From Snodgrassella communis (GTDB taxonomy: Bacteria > Pseudomonadota > Gammaproteobacteria > Burkholderiales > Neisseriaceae), in assembly GCF_914768045.1 (NCBI RefSeq), contig NZ_CAJZCD010000004.1, positions 95,918-127,917 of the forward strand: a stretch of DNA of 32,000 bases, written 5' to 3'. This document shows positions 20,446-28,392 of this stretch, one piece after another; the stretch's first letter is position 1; each line of letters opens with the position of its first letter. Both the position numbers and the translations under genes were made by a program. The notes below the pieces were generated by a model. It was not told the DNA's origin and searched no databases. It saw nothing but the letters and a program-made list of their open reading frames with translations.

Positions 20446-22020
20446 ATGTTAACCATAATCGATGTAAAAAAAGGTGAGCTGGCTGTTGTAAATAAACGGG
20501 ATGAAATCAACACCATCGTTAGCGCTGGCCGGCATACTTTCTGGGATCCCTTTTCAGCAATAACTTATTATCCGGTAGATTTGGCCGATACCGAAATCGA
20601 ACCGAACATCGCTGAAAAGCTACTTAATTTTTATCCGCAGCTAGTAGAAAAATATTGCCATATCGTTAACGTTGCCGATAATGAAATTGCCCTGCGCTAT
20701 GAAGAAAACATGCTGGTAGAGATTATCATGCCCTCTACCAAAGCACTGTACTGGCAGAGTTATAAGGCGCAATCGATTAAAAAAGTCACTTTGCAGCAGG
20801 GCTACCGCCTGCCGGATGAAATAGCGCTGGAACTGATACAGGCCAAAAATACCGCCAGATTAATTACCGGTATCGACAATATCAAACTGCATTATTTTGT
20901 AGATGAGCAGATTGGCACACTATTCGTAGATAACCAGTTTGTACAGATTATTCCGCCAAAATCCGTAATAGGCTTATGTGAATTCAAACATAAACTTGTA
21001 TTGGGAAAATTCAAATTACAGGACAACCGTATCGATGACCTGCTGGCGGCCACGATTGAGCAGAATGCACCAGAACAGATGCAGCAATACTGTGTACAGA
21101 TGCAGGTAGGCGCTAATCAGGCCGGATTACGCTTCGAGGATGACCTGCTGGTAGAAATCCTGCCGCCGGGAACAAAACGATTATATTGGCAGAATAACTG
21201 CAAGCAGCACATGCAGACTATTGAGCTGGCTGCCGGCTATCAGCTATCTGAGCAAATGGTACAGCAGTTATTACAGCCTAAATTGCGTCAAAAAGAAGTG
21301 ATTGGTGACAGCAGCGTGCTGATTGCACAGGTACCGGCCTATCATGTTGGCGTATTAAAAGTAAATGGTAAAGTGGAACAGCTACTGGATGCTGGCATCA
21401 CCGCTTACTGGCGCTTTAACCGCGAAATCAGCGTTGAAATCGTCGATACACGCTTGCAGACTGTCGAAATTTCCGGACAGGAAATTCTGACCCGTGACAA
21501 AGTCAATCTGCGTATCAATCTGGTAGCCAACTGGTGCTATACCGATGTATTAACTGCTTTTGCCAAAGCTGCCCAGCCGGTGGAACTCTTGTACCGGCAA
21601 TTGCAATTTGCCTTACGCGAAGCAATTGGTACCCGCACACTGGATGAATTACTGGAAAACAAAGATGTGATTGACGAAGTCATCAATGCGCATATGCAGG
21701 CGAACATGACAGGCTATGGAATTGAAACCATTAGCGTAGGCGTGAAAGACATAATTCTGCCGGGCGACATGAAAACCATACTGGCGCAGGTAGTGGAGGC
21801 TGAAAAAGCGGCACAGGCAAATGTAATCCGTCGCCGCGAAGAAACTTCCGCCACCCGCTCCCTGCTGAATACCGCCAGAGTAATGGAAAGCAATCCAGTG
21901 GCTTTGCGCCTGAAAGAAATGGAAACACTGGAACGAATTGCCGAACGCATCGATAAAATTTCAGTTATAGGCGGTCTGGATCAGTTATTACATGGTCTGA
22001 TCAACATCCCGGCGAAATAG
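20446..22020 (+). CDS. SPFH/band-7 (slipin-like) domain protein with a duplicated N-terminal module
   Basis: The C-terminal half has SPFH hallmarks (VPAYHVGVLKVNGKVEQLLDAGITAYW...VDTRLQTVEISGQEILTRDKVNLRINL...IETISVGVKDIILPGDMKTILAQVVEAEKAAQANVIRRREETSATRSL). GGAGA RBS 6 nt before ATG 20446. The track ORF starts at TTG 20401. Confidence 0.85.
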   Translation: MLTIIDVKKGELAVVNKRDEINTIVSAGRHTFWDPFSAITYYPVDLADTEIEPNIAEKLLNFYPQLVEKYCHIVNVADNEIALRYEENMLVEIIMPSTKALYWQSYKAQSIKKVTLQQGYRLPDEIALELIQAKNTARLITGIDNIKLHYFVDEQIGTLFVDNQFVQIIPPKSVIGLCEFKHKLVLGKFKLQDNRIDDLLAATIEQNAPEQMQQYCVQMQVGANQAGLRFEDDLLVEILPPGTKRLYWQNNCKQHMQTIELAAGYQLSEQMVQQLLQPKLRQKEVIGDSSVLIAQVPAYHVGVLKVNGKVEQLLDAGITAYWRFNREISVEIVDTRLQTVEISGQEILTRDKVNLRINLVANWCYTDVLTAFAKAAQPVELLYRQLQFALREAIGTRTLDELLENKDVIDEVINAHMQANMTGYGIETISVGVKDIILPGDMKTILAQVVEAEKAAQANVIRRREETSATRSLLNTARVMESNPVALRLKEMETLERIAERIDKISVIGGLDQLLHGLINIPAK

Positions 22021-22070
22021 CCGCTTAAACCATACTGATTGATTAAACAGAAAAATAATGAAAGATAAAA

Positions 22071-23297
22071 ATGCAAAAATATGAAGTATTAAAAGAAAAT
22101 AAAACCCGTCCGGTAAAAATGTGGACTAAAGGTGTACCCGTAGAAGATACTGCCAAAGCACAATTGCTGCAAACCGCAGAACTGCCCTTTATTTTTAAAC
22201 ATATTGCCGTAATGCCGGATGTACATCTGGGACGAGGCTCTACCATAGGTAGCGTGATTCCTACTACCGGCGCAGTTATTCCGGCTGCGGTTGGCGTAGA
22301 TATCGGCTGTGGCATGATGGCTGTGCAATTATCACTTACCGCACAGGATTTGCCGGAAGACTTAATGCCATTGCGGCAGGCGATTGAAAAAGCCGTACCA
22401 CATGGCTCTACCCCCGGTAATAAAAAATATGATAAAGGTAGCTGGCATAATCCGCCACCGATTGTACAAGCGTACTGGCAGCAGTTATTGCCCGGCTTTG
22501 AAAAACTCACCAGCAAATATCCGCGCTTTTTAAAAGCCAATAGCTTGCATCATCTGGGTACACTGGGCAGCGGTAATCACTTTATCGAAATTTGTCTGGA
22601 TGAAACTGATCAGGTATGGATTATGCTGCACAGCGGTTCACGTGGTATTGGCCATGCCATTGGCAAATATTTCAGTGAGCTGGCGCAAAAAGAAATGAAA
22701 AAATATTTTATTGATACCTATCTGCCCAATAACGATCTGGCGTATTTTGCCGAAGGCACCGAATATTGTCGTGATTATCTGCAAGCTGTGCATTGGGCGC
22801 AGGACTTTGCCCGCGTAAACCGTGAAGTGATGATGCACAACACCATTGCTGCATTACGCCAAGTAATTAATGTGCCATTTACCACGCATCTGCAAACCAT
22901 AAACTGCCATCATAACTACGTGCAGAAAGAACAGCACTTTGGTAAGAATGTATTTGTTACCCGTAAGGGTGCTGTTTCTGCACGCGAGGGCGAATTGGGG
23001 ATTATTCCGGGCTCAATGGGGGCAAAAAGTTATATCGTGCGCGGTTTGGGAAACACCGAAAGCTTTCATTCCTGTTCGCATGGGGCAGGGCGGGTAATGA
23101 GCCGCGCCGAAGCCAAAAGGAGATTTACCGTTGCCGACCAGATGCAGGCTACCGCCCATGTAGAGTGCCGTAAAGATGCAGAAGTCATCGACGAAATTCC
23201 ACTGGCGTACAAAGATATCGATGCCGTAATGCAGGCGCAGCAGGAGCTGGTGGAAATCAGGCATCAATTGCGTCAGGTTATCTGTGTCAAAGGCTGA
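22071..23297 (+). CDS. rtcB: RNA 3'-phosphate / 2',3'-cyclic phosphate ligase RtcB
   Basis: 408 aa, the same length as E. coli RtcB and near-collinear with it (VKMWTKGVPVE, PFIFKHIAVMPDVHLGRGSTIGSVIPT, AAVGVDIGCGM, GSGNHFIE, HSGSRGIGH, CHHNY, SHGAGR). Confidence 0.96.
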   Translation: MQKYEVLKENKTRPVKMWTKGVPVEDTAKAQLLQTAELPFIFKHIAVMPDVHLGRGSTIGSVIPTTGAVIPAAVGVDIGCGMMAVQLSLTAQDLPEDLMPLRQAIEKAVPHGSTPGNKKYDKGSWHNPPPIVQAYWQQLLPGFEKLTSKYPRFLKANSLHHLGTLGSGNHFIEICLDETDQVWIMLHSGSRGIGHAIGKYFSELAQKEMKKYFIDTYLPNNDLAYFAEGTEYCRDYLQAVHWAQDFARVNREVMMHNTIAALRQVINVPFTTHLQTINCHHNYVQKEQHFGKNVFVTRKGAVSAREGELGIIPGSMGAKSYIVRGLGNTESFHSCSHGAGRVMSRAEAKRRFTVADQMQATAHVECRKDAEVIDEIPLAYKDIDAVMQAQQELVEIRHQLRQVICVKG

Positions 23298-23368
23298 TGA
23301 TTTAGCTGGTTTTACTGTATCAGGTATTTAGCCAGCTCAGACTGGCTACTGAATATAATCATTGCAAT

Positions 23369-23396
23369 AAAAAAGGATGGCTATGCCATCTTTTTT
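23369..23396. terminator. Bidirectional hairpin terminator after rtcB (copy A of the bracketing hairpin)
   Basis: A6-GGATGGC-tat-GCCATC-T6. Stem 23375-23381 / 23385-23390. Confidence 0.8.
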
Positions 23397-23457
23397 ATAA
23401 TCAGAAGTAAATAGGACTGTAACTTAGCTGTTTGAAGCTTAATATAATCTTAAATCA

Positions 23458-24373
23458 ATGATTTATGTAAGAATAGATGTAAGCAAGAAAACGTTGGATT
23501 GTTGTGTGCTTGATGCTGACGATGAAGTTTATCTGAAAGTGCAGAATAGTCGGGCTGGTTATGATGAGTTTGTTGGCTCTGTATGATGATGTGCATGTAT
23601 GTCTGGAGGCTACTGGGGCATATTGGCAATCACTGGTTGATTTTCTGGGTGCTAATGATGTGCGCGTATCTGTAGAGAATCCGGCTAAGGTTCATTATTT
23701 TGCTAAAGCCAGTATATTGCGTATGAAGTCTGATAAGCGTGATGCGTTGTTAATAGCCGATTATTGCCAAGCTATGAAGCCAAGGTTGTATAGCCCATTA
23801 GATGAATCAGTGGCGGAATTAAGGCTATTGGTAAGCATGTATTATCGTTTAAGGAAACAAAGAGTATCTGAACGCGTGAAGCTGTTGGAGGTTCCGGCGC
23901 TGGTAAGGCATTTTGTTGAGTCCAATATAGCGCATTTCGATGCTCAGTTGTTGGAAGTGAAGAAGATGTTGGAAGCATTTTTTGAGGGTAACGCAGATTT
24001 AGACTGTAAGCCTAAGTTGTTGCAGACAATTCCGAGTATTGGTTTTAATTCCAGTGCGGTTTTATTATCGGTTTTGGCTTCTAGTAATGCGTTTGAATCT
24101 GCGAATCAGTTTGTAGCCTATCTTGGCTTGAATCCTCGCAAGATGGAATCTGGCACATCGTTGAAAGGTGCGGGGCGTGTATCTAAAGTTGGCAAGCCTG
24201 AGTATAGGGCTGCATTGTATATGCCCGCAGTGGTTGCTTATTCAAGGAATTTGTATCCTGATTTTGTAGCTAGGTTGCGGGAGAATGGTAAGATGCCGAA
24301 AGTTATTATTGTGGCACTTATGCGTAAGCTTGCGATTTATGCGTATACGGTTTATAAGACGAATTTTGTATAA
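23458..24373 (+). pseudogene. IS110-family (DEDD) transposase, interrupted by a frameshift
   Basis: The N-terminal part MIYVRIDVSKKTLDCCVLD...AGYDEFVGSV stops at 23584-23586. The rest continues in another frame, open from 23537 (LLALYDDVHVCLEATGAYWQS...KSDKRDALLIADY...). The IDVSK, LEATG and DKxDA motifs are typical of the IS110 family. A one-base indel between 23537 and 23586, or a sequencing error, separates the parts. Confidence 0.8.
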
Positions 24374-24504
24374 AGTATAAATAAGTGTTAATTTTGTAAG
24401 GTGGTTGGAAATTCCTAATCTGTTGTTATTTTGCAATTTTATCCAATATGTGTAAATTTTTTGTTGACACTTAAAATGTAAATACCCCAAACTTAGTACA
24501 AGGT

Positions 24505-25341
24505 TTAGGTAGAAAATAATGCTGCTTGTTTTAGAGTTTTATACTCAATCGGTGTCATATTATTTAATGCCTCATGCGGTCTTTCAGTGTTATAAAGGGT
24601 TAGCCATTCTTCAGTTATCTTTCTTGCTTGTTCCAGATTATTAAATAGATATAAATCCAATACTTCTGTGCGATAGGTACGATTAAATCGTTCAATATAC
24701 CCATTTTGATATGGGCTGCCTGGTTGAATATAATCTATAGTTATACCATGTGACTTTGCCCAATAAGTGAACGTATTTCCGGTGAATTCCGGTCCATTAT
24801 CTACTCGTATTTTTAGTGGATAACCATGATATTCAGCTAGTTTATCCAGGTAACGAGTAATCCTGCCAGCCGGTAAACTGACCGCAATATCAATGCCCAG
24901 TGCCTCACGATTAAAGTCGTCTATCACATTGAAAGTTCTGAAACGCCGTTGATTGCGACTGCTGTCACTCATAAAATCCATTGACCAGCATTCACCTTGT
25001 TTATTGGGTACTGATAGTTTTTCTGGGCTTCGTGGAGGAATCCATTGTTTACGCTTTACCCTCAGATTAAGTTTCAATTCACAATACACCCGATACACAC
25101 GTTTATGATTCCATTTATAGCCGAGCTTTCTGATGCGATTAAAACACTTGGGAAAGCCCCAGCGTAAATGTTTATCGGTAACAGCACTTAGTACTGACAT
25201 AATCACTGAATCATCCGGTAACTTGGGTTGATAATAGTAAGCACAGCGACTTAAGCCAACAATAGCGTAGCTCATAGCAATAGTAACAGAATGACCTTCT
25301 TGTAGTTGTACAGCCCAAGCTTTACGTGCCTTTGTGGGCAC
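24505..25341 (-). CDS. IS3-family transposase OrfB (DDE/rve catalytic domain), expressed as an OrfAB fusion by -1 frameshift
   Basis: WSMDFM, IRVDNGPEF and YNTERPHEAL supply the D, D and E of the rve domain. The frame is open back through the slippery site (KKALVPTKARKAW). Confidence 0.9.
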   Translation of the reverse strand: MPTKARKAWAVQLQEGHSVTIAMSYAIVGLSRCAYYYQPKLPDDSVIMSVLSAVTDKHLRWGFPKCFNRIRKLGYKWNHKRVYRVYCELKLNLRVKRKQWIPPRSPEKLSVPNKQGECWSMDFMSDSSRNQRRFRTFNVIDDFNREALGIDIAVSLPAGRITRYLDKLAEYHGYPLKIRVDNGPEFTGNTFTYWAKSHGITIDYIQPGSPYQNGYIERFNRTYRTEVLDLYLFNNLEQARKITEEWLTLYNTERPHEALNNMTPIEYKTLKQAALFST

Positions 25342-25598
25342 TAAAGCTTTTTTATGATTTCTTCCTGAAGCTGGGATTTTAAGCTCAGTTCGGCAAACAT
25401 CTGTTTAAGCTTACGGTTTTCAGCTTCCAGTTCCTTTAAACGTTTGATATCTGAAATTTCCATTCCGCTGTATTTTTCCCGCCATTTATAGAAAGTTGAA
25501 TTACCCATGCCATAATTACGACAGAGTTCCTTGACAGGAATACCAGCTTCAGCTTCTTTTAAAATAGCTACGATCTGATGTTCAGACATTTTTTTCAT
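25341..25598 (-). CDS. IS3-family transposase OrfA (HTH plus leucine zipper)
   Basis: 85 aa. IPVKELCRNYGMGNSTFYKWREKY is the HTH, and a coiled LKELEAENRKLKQMFAEL follows. It ends just after the A AAA AAG site. Confidence 0.9.
   Translation of the reverse strand: MKKMSEHQIVAILKEAEAGIPVKELCRNYGMGNSTFYKWREKYSGMEISDIKRLKELEAENRKLKQMFAELSLKSQLQEEIIKKL
25347..25353 (-). promoter_or_regulatory. Programmed -1 ribosomal frameshift heptamer A AAA AAG
   Basis: The minus strand reads atc atA AAA AAG ctt tag in the orfA frame. This is the canonical IS3-family slippery sequence. Confidence 0.8.
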
Positions 25599-25774
25599 GA
25601 TTAAATCCTCTATGGGTTAATGGAGAGAATTTTCTACTTTTTGGCTGTACTATTTTAGGGGATAGTTACATTATTTGTAGTAATTACTCACGTTGTTTAC
25701 AGTAATTTAAGAAATTAATGTAATGAATACATATTATTAAATGTAAAATCTAGATAGGAAATATTTTCTAGTTT

Positions 25775-27037
25775 TTATATTTTTGGATAATTCTTTTCCA
25801 CAAGATCTGAATATACTCCCCCTAAACAATCACTACAGAAAAAATCAATTTGTTTAATTATAGATGCAAAATCTAATGGACGAATATAATCAAATTTATC
25901 GGTTTTAAAGCCAACATTTAATACAAAGCAATAATCTTCAAAATCATAGATTTTCAGGCCTTTTGAATGAGTTAAATTTTCCATAATAGATGAACATTTA
26001 GCAATTAAGCAGATATACTGAAAATTTTTATCTATATAAGTGGTCTTATTTTCAGGGTGAGCCATACAAAAATGTTGATTTGGTGTTATAGCAATTAAAT
26101 TTTCAAGGTAATCTGCAATTTCAGGGAAATCAGACTTTGTGAAAATATGATGAATTTGGCTTGCTAAAATATTTTCACCTAATTGATAAATTTCAGATTT
26201 TCCGTTGCGATATTTATCATTGAATTTACGCACATCTTTTTTCGCTTTTTGCACCAAATATTCTCGGTAATTCTTTGATGGCAGATGTTCTAGCGATTGA
26301 TGTTCTTGACGTGAAATTTGTTTCGACTTTCCTGATAGTTCATCTCGCCAGTTTGAGCGATTATAAGTGATATCTTGCAATGTAATCAGGTTTTCGGAAA
26401 TATATCCTTTTTTTGTTCCACACTTTTTATATTTGAATGCTAATGGGTTAATGACCTTTGAAAAAATTCTTCCACACTCTGTACTACCATTAATTGGTGT
26501 ATGGGTTATCGTGAATAATGTAAACGTTTCTTTTAATTGTTGATAGCTCTCTTTATCTTGTCTTTCAAGAAAATAATTAAAACTAGCTGCCAACTCACTG
26601 TCTACTAATACTTTTTCGATATAAAGAGTAAGAAAATTCAATGTATTTAATGGACGTAAAGCAATATCTTTTAATAATTCAAGGTTGTTAATTTCATATG
26701 AGTATCTGGTACCAACTTTAGTTTCAATCAAAACTTGACTATAAGCAAGTAACTTAATAGGTTGTCCAAAATACTTATCATATTCATTGCGTGATTTTTG
26801 GCTAGGATCTGGTTTTGAAAATATGGCTTGCACATTTTCCTGAGCATATTTACTATCCCAAATATCTTTAACTGTAAAAGGGATTGATGTGCTTGATTGT
26901 GTATATTCTAGAATACAGTCAGCAATAATTTGCACGACATCATAAGTGCATTTTTGATCAATCCAACGCGCATTACCTGATAGTCTCACATCGTAATTAT
27001 ATTTTGATAAGAAATTTTGAATCTGGATAGTACTCAT
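25775..27037 (-). CDS. Restriction endonuclease candidate with HNH-like (beta-beta-alpha-Me) motif
   Basis: 420 aa, very AT-rich, last gene of a three-gene cassette with two MTases. The motif QIHHIFTKSDFPEIADYLENLIAITPNQH has the form HH-x15-N-x6-N-Q-H. No other family is recognisable by eye. Confidence 0.6.
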   Translation of the reverse strand: MSTIQIQNFLSKYNYDVRLSGNARWIDQKCTYDVVQIIADCILEYTQSSTSIPFTVKDIWDSKYAQENVQAIFSKPDPSQKSRNEYDKYFGQPIKLLAYSQVLIETKVGTRYSYEINNLELLKDIALRPLNTLNFLTLYIEKVLVDSELAASFNYFLERQDKESYQQLKETFTLFTITHTPINGSTECGRIFSKVINPLAFKYKKCGTKKGYISENLITLQDITYNRSNWRDELSGKSKQISRQEHQSLEHLPSKNYREYLVQKAKKDVRKFNDKYRNGKSEIYQLGENILASQIHHIFTKSDFPEIADYLENLIAITPNQHFCMAHPENKTTYIDKNFQYICLIAKCSSIMENLTHSKGLKIYDFEDYCFVLNVGFKTDKFDYIRPLDFASIIKQIDFFCSDCLGGVYSDLVEKNYPKI

Positions 27038-27038
27038 T

Positions 27039-28391
27039 TTATATTCCTATTTTTAAACCAAACCAAAAGACGCTATTGGTATCAATATTTAACGATCTTG
27101 TCTGATAATTTCTTGCAATTTGATAAAAATGTCTGAATTCAGAACTTGCATAGTATTTTAACTCATCATCTGATAGATGGTATGAAAATTTAGGTATTAA
27201 AACTGCAACTGAACCATTCATAATGTAACCTTTTTGTTTTCGCATTAATCTAGGCTTATAGGTCATATTAGGTGTTAAATAAACATCTTCACGATCAAGA
27301 TATTTAGCAACGGATAATTTTAATAGTTCAGTTTGATCAATATAAGCATCATAATTTTCTATATCTATAATTTTGTTACCTAAATCGCTAATATTTCTTG
27401 ATTTTAAAATTCGAACTTGTTCTGAATGATTTTTAATTAACGATGAATTTTTATTTGTAATCTGACGATCTCTGAAAACAGTAAACTTGTTAAATTTTAA
27501 CTTTTTAAATACCTTATCAAAATCTTGATCCCTATATATAACCCAATAAGGTAAAGCAGAGTCAAAAATATAATTTGCTTTCTGGTTTAATTTTAGTTCT
27601 TTAGGTAAAGAATATACATCAATATTTTTTTGATCATTTTCTTTCAAGTTACAAATTATATTGATTGTTTCTATTAATACACCCTTAAAACCTAATTCAC
27701 CAAAATCTAAAATAGATTGAATCTTGCTATTTGTTAACTTTTTTCTTGTTTCCTTATATTCTGGGGTGTTTAGTAAATTTTTGGGCATAACCAAAGAAAT
27801 AACGTCTGCACATTGTAACGATTTTTCTAGAAAAAAGGCCGAGAGATTTTTGATATTTTGGCTGTAATTTTCTATATCAAAAAAACTAAAGTCTGTTTTT
27901 TTGAGCTTTGTAAATGGTGGATTGCCAATAATTAAATCAAACCTTCTCTCTGGTTGATATAGCATAAAATCATCACAAATAAATTCGAGTTCAATATTAT
28001 TTGGTAATCGTTGTTGACTATAAATCAATTTTACCCATTCTAAAGTTTTTGGGTTAATATCGATTAACGTGACTTTTACTTTCGGGATATGTTTATATTT
28101 CTCAAACAAGAAAGGTAAGAAATTACCTGCACCAACTGATGGTTCACAAATATGTAGTTGAGATTTTTCTACAAAATCAGGTAAATAGTTAATGATTTCT
28201 TGAATAATAAAAGGATTTGTATAATAAGCAGAGTGATTTTCTCTTTCACTATTACTCAATTCAATAATACGAGAAAGTACTGTGGTATCTATAGTATTAT
28301 TTTTGAATTGCGATAAAAGGTAATTAGATAAACAATTCTCATCATTAAGTTGATGTTTTTTGATTAGTTGTAATATTTCTTTCTCTGTCAT
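27039..28391 (-). CDS. N6-adenine (amino) DNA methyltransferase, gamma-class motif order
   Basis: Motif I ICEPSVGAGNFL precedes motif IV DLIIGNPPFTK, as in TaqI/Eco57I-like methylase domains. 450 aa. There is a 1-nt gap to each neighbouring gene. Confidence 0.8.
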   Translation of the reverse strand: MTEKEILQLIKKHQLNDENCLSNYLLSQFKNNTIDTTVLSRIIELSNSERENHSAYYTNPFIIQEIINYLPDFVEKSQLHICEPSVGAGNFLPFLFEKYKHIPKVKVTLIDINPKTLEWVKLIYSQQRLPNNIELEFICDDFMLYQPERRFDLIIGNPPFTKLKKTDFSFFDIENYSQNIKNLSAFFLEKSLQCADVISLVMPKNLLNTPEYKETRKKLTNSKIQSILDFGELGFKGVLIETINIICNLKENDQKNIDVYSLPKELKLNQKANYIFDSALPYWVIYRDQDFDKVFKKLKFNKFTVFRDRQITNKNSSLIKNHSEQVRILKSRNISDLGNKIIDIENYDAYIDQTELLKLSVAKYLDREDVYLTPNMTYKPRLMRKQKGYIMNGSVAVLIPKFSYHLSDDELKYYASSEFRHFYQIARNYQTRSLNIDTNSVFWFGLKIGI

Positions 28392-28392
28392 A

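Larger units (their letters stand above)
24477..25670 (-). mobile_element. Intact IS3-family insertion sequence (1194 bp)
   Basis: Imperfect terminal inverted repeats start with TG: TGTAAATACCCCAAACTTAGTACA at 24477, and the reverse complement of the end at 25670 is TGTAACTATCCCCTAAAATAGTACA. About 20 of 25 aligned positions match with one gap. It carries orfA, an A6G slippery site and a DDE orfB. The flanking 4-mers differ (aaaa vs ttat), so no target duplication is visible. Confidence 0.85.

Noticed and set aside
22043-22540. 165-aa minus-strand ORF overlapping the rtcB 5' end, and similar antisense ORFs in efeB (3885..4373), P19 (7198..7641) and the SPFH gene (21714..21950)
   Set aside because: They are antisense to strongly supported genes and have no motifs. 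They are shadow ORFs.
23298-23457. Idea that rtcA was deleted by the IS110 insertion
   Set aside because: rtcB is followed by its own strong hairpin/T6 terminator 72 nt after the stop, and no RtcA-like coding remnant is visible. The operon more likely never contained rtcA at this position.
24242-24490. 82-aa minus-strand ORF spanning the IS110 transposase 3' end and the IS3 terminus
   Set aside because: It crosses an element boundary, is antisense to the transposase, and has a low-complexity Ile/Asn/Lys-rich product.
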